Notes under the pieces: model-generated | Databases searched by the model: none | What the model saw: only the letters and a program-made list of their open reading frames with translations | Told to the model about the DNA's origin: nothing | Program-made: the position numbers and the translations under genes | Shown here: in pieces, positions 19,306 to 28,980 of the stretch | How the letters are laid out: the number at the start of each line of letters is the position of its first letter | Numbering within the stretch: position 1 is the stretch's first letter | NCBI GenBank assembly: GCA_964488435.1 | Contig: CAZAVR010000002.1 | Span: forward strand, 1 to 36,347 | Reading direction: 5' to 3' | Length of the DNA: 36,347 nt | Source: an uncultured Cytophagales bacterium | Lineage (GTDB): Bacteria > Bacteroidota > Bacteroidia > Cytophagales > Spirosomataceae

Positions 19306-19533
19306 TCAGTCAATCTCTATGCTCGCTGCTTCTGAGAGACGGAGGGCGAGCTGGTGAGAACCTTCCACGTGAATGCACACCGGACCACCAAAAGGTGCAG
19401 CAGCCTGCACACGCACCTTTCTTCCGGGAAGGCATCCCATTTCCAGTAATTTCAATGATATGGTCTGATCAAAAACAGCCTTTATCACGGCGGTTTCCCC
19501 CATCTTCAAATCAGCAACCGTCCTTTTGACCAT
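19306..19533 (-). CDS. feoA: FeoA-family iron transport protein
   Basis: Small SH3-like FeoA sequence (MVKRTVADLKMGETAVIKAV...LEMGCLPGRKVRV). The track ORF extends to a TTG at 19545, but I prefer the ATG at 19533. It sits directly upstream of feoB. Confidence 0.85.
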   Translation of the reverse strand: MVKRTVADLKMGETAVIKAVFDQTISLKLLEMGCLPGRKVRVQAAAPFGGPVCIHVEGSHQLALRLSEAASIEID

Positions 19534-19726
19534 GAAGAATCGCAATTTAGAATTGATTTAATTATGTGCAAATTAAAGGCTCTGATCCGATATAAGCAAA
19601 TAATTCACGGGCTATAGATGAGGGGCTTATTCGTGAAGCCTTTAAAAAGGTCAGCACATTTGTCCAGGCTACGTTTTTATAGAGTAATTTTGCGGGAAAA
19701 TCAAGCAGCAGGCCAAAATTTAGGAA

Positions 19727-20389
19727 TTGAAAAAGCTTAGCACCCTCATACAAAAAGAGGTCTCTCTGGAGTGGCGGCAAAGGTACGCGCTGAACGGGAT
19801 GCTGCTTTACATTGTCAGCACCATTTTCATCTGCTATCTGAATTTTAATCTCCGGCAGAACGTGCTTACGCCTCTGGTCTGGAACACGCTTTTTTGGATT
19901 ATCCTGATGTTCACTGCCGTCAATACCATCGGTAAGAGTTTTGCGCAGGAGAGACATGGCAGGCTGCTGTATTTCTACTCCCTGATGAGTCCTGGCCAGA
20001 TCATTCTTTCGAAGATCATTTACAATTCCTTCCTGATGCTGATCCTTTCCCTGACGGGTTTCGGTTTCTATATCTTCATAATGGGGAACCCTGTGGGTAA
20101 TGTGGCACTTTTTCTGGTGGCAATTGTTTTAGGTAGTATAGGGTTTGCGTCTACGCTGACTATCGTTTCTGCCATAGCAGCCAAGGCCGACGGCAACGCG
20201 GCACTGATGGCGATACTCAGTTTTCCTTTGATCATTCCCATGTTGCTTATGGTCATCAAGCTGGCGAAGAATGCCATGGACGACCTGGATGTTTCTGTCA
20301 GTAATGATGAGATACTTGTACTGCTGTCTATTGATGCGATAGTAATTGCTTTGTCACTTGTCCTTTTTCCATATATATGGAGATCATAA
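19727..20389 (+). CDS. ccmB: heme exporter permease CcmB
   Basis: 220 aa with 6 TM helices. The N-terminal LIQKEVSLEWRQRYALNGMLLY is the conserved CcmB start region, which forces use of the TTG at 19727. It is the first gene of the ccm operon. Confidence 0.8.
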   Translation: MKKLSTLIQKEVSLEWRQRYALNGMLLYIVSTIFICYLNFNLRQNVLTPLVWNTLFWIILMFTAVNTIGKSFAQERHGRLLYFYSLMSPGQIILSKIIYNSFLMLILSLTGFGFYIFIMGNPVGNVALFLVAIVLGSIGFASTLTIVSAIAAKADGNAALMAILSFPLIIPMLLMVIKLAKNAMDDLDVSVSNDEILVLLSIDAIVIALSLVLFPYIWRS

Positions 20390-20461
20390 GTAAAGGGGAG
20401 GGAAGGTGAGCCTGTTTTTAATGAAGTTGAATCGATTATTTAACCATAGCAAGAAGAAAAA

Positions 20462-21133
20462 TTGAAAGCGCTGAATTTGTCCTGGTGGAAACTTTTGACA
20501 TTGGTTATACTGGTTTATGTGTTGATCATGGGGCTTACAGGCGAGGTGCCGCGTCAGGCCATTCTTAATGAAACGGTAAGGAACCTATATTTCCATGTAA
20601 CCATGTGGTTCGGGATGGTGATTTTCCTTCTTATTTCACTGGTTTACGCCATTCGCTATTTGTCGACAAGTGATATTACTTTTGACGATAAGTCTGCGGA
20701 GTTTGTAAACATGGGCGTGCTTTTTGGCATCATCGGGTTTGTCACCGGCTCCTTGTGGGGAAATTATACATGGGGATCACCATTGCCTAAGGATCCCAAA
20801 ATACTGAGTGCAGCCATAGCGATGCTGGCTTATTTTGCCTACCTGGTTTTGCGGGGGGCATTCGAAGATGAACAGAAACGTGCGAGAATAACCAGCGTCT
20901 ATAACATTTTTGCTTTTGTAATTTTCAACGTGCTCATCTTCATATTGCCGCGGATGACGGATACGCTCCATCCCGGTCAGGGAGGAAACCCCGGATTCAG
21001 CATCTATGATAATGACAATATTATGAAGCCTGTTTTCTATCCGGCGGTTATAGGCTGGACGTTGCTGGGTGTTTGGATTACGACACTCCGGATAAGGTTA
21101 AAGATTGTTAACAGAGCCATAACGAATCATTGA
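20462..21133 (+). CDS. ccmC: heme exporter / heme-handling protein CcmC
   Basis: 223 aa. It has RNLYFHVTMWF (conserved His region) and a Trp-rich loop, SLWGNYTWGSPLPKDPK. The start is TTG at 20462. Confidence 0.8.
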   Translation: MKALNLSWWKLLTLVILVYVLIMGLTGEVPRQAILNETVRNLYFHVTMWFGMVIFLLISLVYAIRYLSTSDITFDDKSAEFVNMGVLFGIIGFVTGSLWGNYTWGSPLPKDPKILSAAIAMLAYFAYLVLRGAFEDEQKRARITSVYNIFAFVIFNVLIFILPRMTDTLHPGQGGNPGFSIYDNDNIMKPVFYPAVIGWTLLGVWITTLRIRLKIVNRAITNH

Positions 21134-21188
21134 AATCATTAATTTCGCCCGCTGAATGCGGTTTTTATACAGCAATTCAAGTAAAACG

Positions 21189-21416
21189 ATGCTTTTAAAT
21201 AAAATTCTCCGCAAATCGGTTGCATTGGCAGCCACGTTGCTTCTGACGGTTTCTGAATTGTTTGCCCAATCCGACATAGAAATGGCCGACCGACTCAGAG
21301 AAGATGGAAAGATATGGGTAGTGGTGGGAGTTATCGTATTGATTTTTTTGGGACTGGCTTTTTACCTGATTCGCCTGGATAGTAAGATCAGCGCCATCGA
21401 GAAGAAAATCAAGTAA
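21189..21416 (+). CDS. CcmD-like small membrane protein (Bacteroidetes-type)
   Basis: Sits in the ccmD position between ccmC and ccmE. It has a single TM helix (IWVVVGVIVLIFLGLAFYLI) followed by a charged tail (RLDSKISAIEKKIK). An alternative upstream ATG lies at 21156. Confidence 0.55.
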   Translation: MLLNKILRKSVALAATLLLTVSELFAQSDIEMADRLREDGKIWVVVGVIVLIFLGLAFYLIRLDSKISAIEKKIK

Positions 21417-21545
21417 GGCTTTCCGGATCTCGCTGCGCTGATTGATGGTTCGTGTTGTTGAGTTTCGGGCAAAATGGGGGCATCCGGCTTTAAGTGTCCG
21501 GGTACACGTCATCTGACTTTAGAGACATTTTTAGAAAAATACAGT

Positions 21546-21983
21546 ATGAAAAAGATCCATATTCTTCTCCTTGTGGTTATCGCGATAGCGGCGGGGATTA
21601 TTGTTTCAACGGCAGGAGATGCCAGTACGTACGTTACATTCTCCGAAGCCGAGCAGTTGAGAAAAGACGGCAGCCATGATGATATCCACGTGGTGGGAGA
21701 GTTAAAAAAGGGCCCGTCGGGAGAGATTCTCGGGATGAGCTATCAGCCTGAGATTGATCCTAACTATTTTACCTTTACACTTCTGGATAACAATCAGTTT
21801 GAGCAAAAAGTAGTATTCCAGAGCCCCAAGCCTCAGGATTTTGACAAATCAGAAAAGGTGGTGGTTATAGGTCACATGGAGAACGACGTGTTTCTGGCAA
21901 CAAAAATTCTTCTGAAATGTCCGTCGAAATACGAAAACGGAGAACTTGAAACTACTGAGCATAAAGCAACAACATCGAAATGA
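21546..21983 (+). CDS. ccmE: cytochrome c maturation heme chaperone CcmE (CxxxY variant)
   Basis: An N-terminal TM anchor (MKKIHILLLVVIAIAAGIIV) is followed by an OB-fold-like domain. The C-terminal KILLKCPSKYE aligns with the E. coli LAKHDENY heme-binding motif but has Cys in place of His. I chose the ATG at 21546, internal to the track ORF that starts at 21474. Confidence 0.85.
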   Translation: MKKIHILLLVVIAIAAGIIVSTAGDASTYVTFSEAEQLRKDGSHDDIHVVGELKKGPSGEILGMSYQPEIDPNYFTFTLLDNNQFEQKVVFQSPKPQDFDKSEKVVVIGHMENDVFLATKILLKCPSKYENGELETTEHKATTSK

Positions 21984-22031
21984 GTTAGCCGCGGGGTAAG
22001 GCTTTCTCTCCTCTCAAATTATTAACCGGAT

Positions 22032-24638
22032 ATGTATCATACAGCGATAGGAAATTTTGGCCATTTATTTGTGATCATAGCGTTCGTGACGGCGTTAATG
22101 GCTACCTACTCCTATATCAGGGCCGGAATAGCTGCGGAGCTTTCTCCCGCGCATTCGACATGGAGGAATTTTGCCAGATGGACGTTTTATACCCATTCTG
22201 CTGCGGTTTTGGGTATCGTGTTTTGCCTCTACTGGATCATAATGAACCATTACTTCGAGTATCATTATGCCTGGGATAATTCGTCGTTATCGCTCCCTAC
22301 CGGTTATATCATTTCGAGTTTCTGGCAGGACCAGGAAGGAAGTTTCCTCCTGTGGATTTTCTGGAATGTGGTACTTGGACTTGTACTGATCGTTACCAAT
22401 AAGTCCTGGGAATCACCTGTGATGGCCGTTTTTGCGCTGGTACAGGCTTTTCTGGCTTCCATGATTCTGGGTGTAGTCATACCCGGTCTGGACCTCAAGA
22501 TCGGATCTACGCCGTTTTTGTTGCTGAGAGAATCCATGCCTGATTTGCCGGTTTGGAAGATGGATCCGAATTTCATACCCAAAGACGGAAATGGGCTGAA
22601 CCCGCTCCTGCAAAATTACTGGATGGTCATTCACCCCCCGACTTTGTTTCTGGGTTTTGCGACGACATTGATCCCCTTTTCGTTTGCCATTGCCGGCTTA
22701 TGGCTTAGAAAATCGCATGACTGGATCCGTCCGGCATTGCCCTGGGCCTTGTTTTCTGCGCTTGTGCTGGGTGTTGGAATACTTATGGGGGCGTATTGGG
22801 CTTATGAAACCCTGAATTTCGGTGGATACTGGAACTGGGATCCTGTAGAGAATTCGTCATTCGTGCCCTGGCTCGTACTTATCGCAGCCATTCATACGAT
22901 GATCATCTCCAGGAGAAATGCTACAGCCCTTAAGACATCTTTTATACTCACTATAGCAAGTTTCCTTCTTATCCTCTACTCCACATTCATGACCAGAAGT
23001 GGAATATTGGGTAATGCATCTGTACACTCATTTACAGACTTGGGGCTTTCGGGGCAGTTGCTTATTTACTTGCTGACGTTTACCATCGCAGCCATTGCGT
23101 TGCTCGTTTTCAGGTGGAAGGATTTGCCGGATGATAAAGAAGAAGTGTCGAGCTACTCGCAGGAGTTCTGGATCTTTATAGGTGCTGTGGTGTTATGTCT
23201 TTCCGGGTTTCAGATATTGTTCACCACCTCTTTCCCGGTATATAATAAGATCGCCGAATTGTTCGGATTCATTCTCAACCTGGCGCTACCGACAGATCAG
23301 ATCGCACACTATAATAAGTTCCAGCTCTGGTTTTTTGTACTGGTAGTCATTCTTACAGGCGTAGGGCAGTTTTTCTGGTGGAAAAGGATAGGGAAGAGCA
23401 ATTTTAACGCGCTCTATCCTCCCTTGTTGATTACACTCATCCTGAGTTCCGCAGTGATTGTTTTGTGTGAGATCAAGACTTTTTCCTACATGATGTTGCT
23501 TACAGCGTCCATTTTCGCGGTTGTGGCCAATGGAACCATCATGTTCGGGATTTTCAAGGGAAACTACAAGCTTTCGGGAGGTGCCGTTACACATATAGGT
23601 GTGGCATTGATGTTGATCGGCGTACTGTTTTCGTCCGGGTACAGCAAAGTGGTTTCCATCAATAATTCCGGCCTGATGATTTCCAGGTCAGATGAATTTA
23701 CAGCCAACGACAATAAGGAGAATAAGGAGAATGTGACGCTTTGGCTCAATAAGCCTGAGAAAATGGGGGATCTTCTGCTTACCTGGCGCGATGTATACGT
23801 AGAGCCGCGCCATATCCCGGAGTATATACCCAAAAGCTGGGTAGAGCATATCGAAAAGGATTTCAGGGCGGTGGCATTAAGGGATATCACTGTTAAAGAG
23901 AAGACCTACTATAAAAAGGGTGATACACTTGAACTGTACCCGGAAAATTTCTACTACGAAATTGAGTACAGAGAACCTTCAGGCAAAGTATTTACACTGT
24001 TTCCACGGGCGCAGATCAACGACAGGATGGGACTGGTTTCCTCACCGGATATCCGTCGCATGGCCGAAAAGGATTTGTATACCTATGTAAGTATGTCAAC
24101 CAATCCGACTGCAGAAACACAGTGGGGGCCGACGGAAGACTTTAAGGTGTCGATGAAAGATACCTTCTTCGTCAACGACTATGTGGCGATTTTGGATAAT
24201 GTGGTCAGGACAGAAACCGTTGACGGTGTCACGCTGAACGAAGGAGATGCGGCTGTAAAAGCGATTATTCGGATTCTGGATAACGAGAAAGAATATATTG
24301 TTACTCCTTCATTCATCATCCGGAACAGCACGATTGGCCGGAAAGCGGAAATAAGTAAGGAGCTGGGTCTTAGAGTTCAATTCAAAGAAATAGATCCCAA
24401 TACGGGCACCTTTACTTTCTCTGTCAATGCTACTCAAAGGGATTTCATTGTCTTGAAGGCAATAGAAAAGCCACTGATTAATATCTTGTGGCTGGGTACT
24501 TTTGTACTTATTATAGGATTCACCATGGCCACCACCAGGCGATTCAGAGAATTCGTGAAGGGAAGGGACAGAGATATTCTGGCAGGCAACACCAAAGCTG
24601 GCGGATCAAAAGCAAAGCAGGTCGTCTCCGCCAAGTAG
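22032..24638 (+). CDS. ccmF: cytochrome c heme lyase / heme-handling protein CcmF (intact copy)
   Basis: 868 aa and polytopic, with the WWD motif FGGYWNWDPVENSSFVPW and a long hydrophilic C-terminal domain ending in a final TM helix. Codons 140-868 are repeated at 26294..28485. Confidence 0.9.
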   Translation: MYHTAIGNFGHLFVIIAFVTALMATYSYIRAGIAAELSPAHSTWRNFARWTFYTHSAAVLGIVFCLYWIIMNHYFEYHYAWDNSSLSLPTGYIISSFWQDQEGSFLLWIFWNVVLGLVLIVTNKSWESPVMAVFALVQAFLASMILGVVIPGLDLKIGSTPFLLLRESMPDLPVWKMDPNFIPKDGNGLNPLLQNYWMVIHPPTLFLGFATTLIPFSFAIAGLWLRKSHDWIRPALPWALFSALVLGVGILMGAYWAYETLNFGGYWNWDPVENSSFVPWLVLIAAIHTMIISRRNATALKTSFILTIASFLLILYSTFMTRSGILGNASVHSFTDLGLSGQLLIYLLTFTIAAIALLVFRWKDLPDDKEEVSSYSQEFWIFIGAVVLCLSGFQILFTTSFPVYNKIAELFGFILNLALPTDQIAHYNKFQLWFFVLVVILTGVGQFFWWKRIGKSNFNALYPPLLITLILSSAVIVLCEIKTFSYMMLLTASIFAVVANGTIMFGIFKGNYKLSGGAVTHIGVALMLIGVLFSSGYSKVVSINNSGLMISRSDEFTANDNKENKENVTLWLNKPEKMGDLLLTWRDVYVEPRHIPEYIPKSWVEHIEKDFRAVALRDITVKEKTYYKKGDTLELYPENFYYEIEYREPSGKVFTLFPRAQINDRMGLVSSPDIRRMAEKDLYTYVSMSTNPTAETQWGPTEDFKVSMKDTFFVNDYVAILDNVVRTETVDGVTLNEGDAAVKAIIRILDNEKEYIVTPSFIIRNSTIGRKAEISKELGLRVQFKEIDPNTGTFTFSVNATQRDFIVLKAIEKPLINILWLGTFVLIIGFTMATTRRFREFVKGRDRDILAGNTKAGGSKAKQVVSAK

Positions 24639-26293
24639 GAGTTAGTGACTACAGTGGAACACTGTCCTGCTTAGCCTGTCGAAGCACGGGGGGGCATGTC
24701 GTCGACCGAAGCGGAGACAAGTCCTTCGACCGTGCGACGGACCGCAAACTCAGTCCTTCGATAAACTCAGTCCTTCGATAAACTCAGTCCTTCGATAAAC
24801 TCAGGATGGCATGAAATATGTGGTAGAAAAATAACACCCATGAAGGGCAAGGCACCTACGGTTAGTGACTACAGTGGAACACTGTCCTGCTGAGCCTGTC
24901 GAAGCACGGGGGGGCATGTCGACCCTCCTATTTGTGCATAAGTAATAGCAGATCTCACGCAGACGGCTAGTCCAAGCGGACTGAAGGAGGCTTTAGTCGA
25001 GATGAGCAACCCTGCTATATAAGGGCATATCTAAGAAAGATACGCATTATTTCTGAGAATTCCAAGAAAAACGGTTTGAAATAATTTCAGTCCGGATAAA
25101 GTCAGTCAGCTTATCTTCCGGCAGGCCGCACTGTCAGTACCACTCCAGGATTCCCTGGTTGAGAATTCCGGTGCTTCTGCCTTTGAGGCTGCGTCCTAAA
25201 AACGGCGAATTGACAGATTTGGATTCGCTGCGGTCAAATACCCATTCTTCTTCGGGATCAAAGAAAGTAAGATTCGCTTCTGCTCCTTCTTCAATGGAAA
25301 GTGAGGTCAGGCCGAGAATTCTTCTGGGCTGAGAGGTGAACTTTTCAAGAAGGTCTTCCAAAGGCAATTTCGCATATTGTAATGCCACCGAGAATGCGGT
25401 CTCTAACCCGGTGATACCGAATTCTGCCAGGTCAAATTCCAGATTCTTACTTTCTTCCGCATGCGGACTGTGATCGGACACAATAGCATCTATGGTGCCC
25501 TCCTGTAAACCCTTTCTCAATGCTTTGACATCTTGCTCCGACCTGAAGGGAGGACTTACTTTCAGGTTGGTATCGAAAGAGATCAGTGCCGAGTCATCGA
25601 AAGCGAGCTGATGGGCAGCAATATCACATGTTACCGGAAGCCCTTTCTGTTTGGCGGCCTTGATAAGTCTGACCGATCCGGACGAAGATATAAGCGAGAA
25701 GTGAAGCAGTGGCGGGTGCGATCCTTTATGATTACTTGTTTCCAGGGAGTATTCCAGCAGCATGAGATCACGGGTGATCATCATCTCCTCTGACAGTGAC
25801 GGAATGCCCTTAAAGCCGAGGAGCGTGCTGGTGCGTCCTTCGTGCATTTGTCCAAAAGCCGACAGTTGCCGGTCGTCCGGTCGGTTGATGAGCAAGCCGT
25901 TAAAAGGGCGGAGATAAAGAAGCGATTTGAGAAGGATATCGGCATTCGAAATAGGATTTTCTCCGTCAGTAAATGCTACCGCACCGGTATGGTGCATATC
26001 TATCATTTCTGTAAAATCCACGCCCTTCGCCATTTTTGTTACAGACGAAGTAGGGAGTAGTGTGACCGGGCTGTCCTGTCCGGCTGATAGTATGTATTTT
26101 AGCGTGTCTTTGGAATCGACTACAGGATGCGTATTCGGAAGTAGAAGAATTCCGGTAAATCCTCCCCGGGCAGCGGCTTTTTGCAGAGAGCTGATGTCCT
26201 CAACAAGCTCGTGTCCGGGGTCCCTGAGTGCCACCCTCATATCAAGCCAGCCCGGAGACACAGACATCCCTTTTTTTTCGATTATCTCAATTC
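22447..26293. repeat. tandem segmental duplication, copy 1 (3847-bp unit)
   Basis: Matches 26294..30140 at a constant offset of 3847. Six track ORF pairs have identical translations at that offset. The 495-bp intergenic stretch and both ends were compared by eye and are identical. Confidence 0.93.
24641..24924. repeat. composite intergenic repeat element: two ~64-bp direct repeats flanking a 17-bp x 3.5 tandem array
   Basis: GTTAGTGACTACAGTGGAACACTGTCCTGCT(T/G)AGCCTGTCGAAGCACGGGGGGGCATGTCG(TCG)ACC occurs at 24641..24707 and 24861..24924, with one mismatch and one 3-nt indel. Between them, AAACTCAGTCCTTCGAT is repeated head-to-tail at 24746, 24763 and 24780, with a partial fourth unit ending at 24804. 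Confidence 0.9.
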
Positions 26294-26297
26294 CTTT
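25134..26297 (-). pseudogene. 5'-truncated copy of the dihydroorotase-like gene (codons 42-428 only)
   Basis: Identical to 28981..30144. The upstream 41 codons and promoter are replaced at the junction by antisense ccmF sequence. The track's 431-aa ORF (25134..26429) is therefore a chimera with 44 foreign N-terminal residues. Confidence 0.85.
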
Positions 26298-28485
26298 TCT
26301 GGCTTCCATGATTCTGGGTGTAGTCATACCCGGTCTGGACCTCAAGATCGGATCTACGCCGTTTTTGTTGCTGAGAGAATCCATGCCTGATTTGCCGGTT
26401 TGGAAGATGGATCCGAATTTCATACCCAAAGACGGAAATGGGCTGAACCCGCTCCTGCAAAATTACTGGATGGTCATTCACCCCCCGACTTTGTTTCTGG
26501 GTTTTGCGACGACATTGATCCCCTTTTCGTTTGCCATTGCCGGCTTATGGCTTAGAAAATCGCATGACTGGATCCGTCCGGCATTGCCCTGGGCCTTGTT
26601 TTCTGCGCTTGTGCTGGGTGTTGGAATACTTATGGGGGCGTATTGGGCTTATGAAACCCTGAATTTCGGTGGATACTGGAACTGGGATCCTGTAGAGAAT
26701 TCGTCATTCGTGCCCTGGCTCGTACTTATCGCAGCCATTCATACGATGATCATCTCCAGGAGAAATGCTACAGCCCTTAAGACATCTTTTATACTCACTA
26801 TAGCAAGTTTCCTTCTTATCCTCTACTCCACATTCATGACCAGAAGTGGAATATTGGGTAATGCATCTGTACACTCATTTACAGACTTGGGGCTTTCGGG
26901 GCAGTTGCTTATTTACTTGCTGACGTTTACCATCGCAGCCATTGCGTTGCTCGTTTTCAGGTGGAAGGATTTGCCGGATGATAAAGAAGAAGTGTCGAGC
27001 TACTCGCAGGAGTTCTGGATCTTTATAGGTGCTGTGGTGTTATGTCTTTCCGGGTTTCAGATATTGTTCACCACCTCTTTCCCGGTATATAATAAGATCG
27101 CCGAATTGTTCGGATTCATTCTCAACCTGGCGCTACCGACAGATCAGATCGCACACTATAATAAGTTCCAGCTCTGGTTTTTTGTACTGGTAGTCATTCT
27201 TACAGGCGTAGGGCAGTTTTTCTGGTGGAAAAGGATAGGGAAGAGCAATTTTAACGCGCTCTATCCTCCCTTGTTGATTACACTCATCCTGAGTTCCGCA
27301 GTGATTGTTTTGTGTGAGATCAAGACTTTTTCCTACATGATGTTGCTTACAGCGTCCATTTTCGCGGTTGTGGCCAATGGAACCATCATGTTCGGGATTT
27401 TCAAGGGAAACTACAAGCTTTCGGGAGGTGCCGTTACACATATAGGTGTGGCATTGATGTTGATCGGCGTACTGTTTTCGTCCGGGTACAGCAAAGTGGT
27501 TTCCATCAATAATTCCGGCCTGATGATTTCCAGGTCAGATGAATTTACAGCCAACGACAATAAGGAGAATAAGGAGAATGTGACGCTTTGGCTCAATAAG
27601 CCTGAGAAAATGGGGGATCTTCTGCTTACCTGGCGCGATGTATACGTAGAGCCGCGCCATATCCCGGAGTATATACCCAAAAGCTGGGTAGAGCATATCG
27701 AAAAGGATTTCAGGGCGGTGGCATTAAGGGATATCACTGTTAAAGAGAAGACCTACTATAAAAAGGGTGATACACTTGAACTGTACCCGGAAAATTTCTA
27801 CTACGAAATTGAGTACAGAGAACCTTCAGGCAAAGTATTTACACTGTTTCCACGGGCGCAGATCAACGACAGGATGGGACTGGTTTCCTCACCGGATATC
27901 CGTCGCATGGCCGAAAAGGATTTGTATACCTATGTAAGTATGTCAACCAATCCGACTGCAGAAACACAGTGGGGGCCGACGGAAGACTTTAAGGTGTCGA
28001 TGAAAGATACCTTCTTCGTCAACGACTATGTGGCGATTTTGGATAATGTGGTCAGGACAGAAACCGTTGACGGTGTCACGCTGAACGAAGGAGATGCGGC
28101 TGTAAAAGCGATTATTCGGATTCTGGATAACGAGAAAGAATATATTGTTACTCCTTCATTCATCATCCGGAACAGCACGATTGGCCGGAAAGCGGAAATA
28201 AGTAAGGAGCTGGGTCTTAGAGTTCAATTCAAAGAAATAGATCCCAATACGGGCACCTTTACTTTCTCTGTCAATGCTACTCAAAGGGATTTCATTGTCT
28301 TGAAGGCAATAGAAAAGCCACTGATTAATATCTTGTGGCTGGGTACTTTTGTACTTATTATAGGATTCACCATGGCCACCACCAGGCGATTCAGAGAATT
28401 CGTGAAGGGAAGGGACAGAGATATTCTGGCAGGCAACACCAAAGCTGGCGGATCAAAAGCAAAGCAGGTCGTCTCCGCCAAGTAG
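26294..28485 (+). pseudogene. 5'-truncated copy of ccmF (codons 140-868 only)
   Basis: Identical to 22447..24638. It lacks the first 139 codons (the N-terminal TM helices) and the operon context. The track's 852-aa ORF (25927..28485) gets its first ~123 residues from the antisense strand of the dihydroorotase-like fragment. Confidence 0.85.
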
Positions 28486-28487
28486 GA

Positions 28488-28771
28488 GTTAGTGACTACA
28501 GTGGAACACTGTCCTGCTTAGCCTGTCGAAGCACGGGGGGGCATGTCGTCGACCGAAGCGGAGACAAGTCCTTCGACCGTGCGACGGACCGCAAACTCAG
28601 TCCTTCGATAAACTCAGTCCTTCGATAAACTCAGTCCTTCGATAAACTCAGGATGGCATGAAATATGTGGTAGAAAAATAACACCCATGAAGGGCAAGGC
28701 ACCTACGGTTAGTGACTACAGTGGAACACTGTCCTGCTGAGCCTGTCGAAGCACGGGGGGGCATGTCGACC
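28488..28771. repeat. second copy of the composite intergenic repeat element (within duplication copy 2)
   Basis: Identical to 24641..24924 at offset 3847. The 17-mer array is at 28593..28651. Confidence 0.9.
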
Positions 28772-28980
28772 CTCCTATTTGTGCATAAGTAATAGCAGAT
28801 CTCACGCAGACGGCTAGTCCAAGCGGACTGAAGGAGGCTTTAGTCGAGATGAGCAACCCTGCTATATAAGGGCATATCTAAGAAAGATACGCATTATTTC
28901 TGAGAATTCCAAGAAAAACGGTTTGAAATAATTTCAGTCCGGATAAAGTCAGTCAGCTTATCTTCCGGCAGGCCGCACTG

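Noticed and set aside
24488-24781. 97-aa ORF (and its twin at 28335..28628) covering the ccmF 3' end and the 17-bp tandem array
   Set aside because: It is out of frame with ccmF over its first half and then runs through a 17-nt-period repeat, which is not a multiple of 3. Its composition is Arg/Ser/Gly-rich and typical of a spurious frame.
24641-24924. Possible CRISPR array, because of repeated units in a non-coding spacer
   Set aside because: There are only two copies of the 64-bp unit per locus, 156 bp apart. The 17-mers are contiguous with no spacers. No cas genes are present. This is not CRISPR architecture.
25927-28485. 852-aa plus-strand ORF that looks like a large novel protein
   Set aside because: It is a junction artefact. 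About the first 123 residues are read from the antisense strand of the dihydroorotase-like fragment. The rest is identical to CcmF residues 140-868. I treat it as a truncated ccmF pseudogene copy, not a new gene family.
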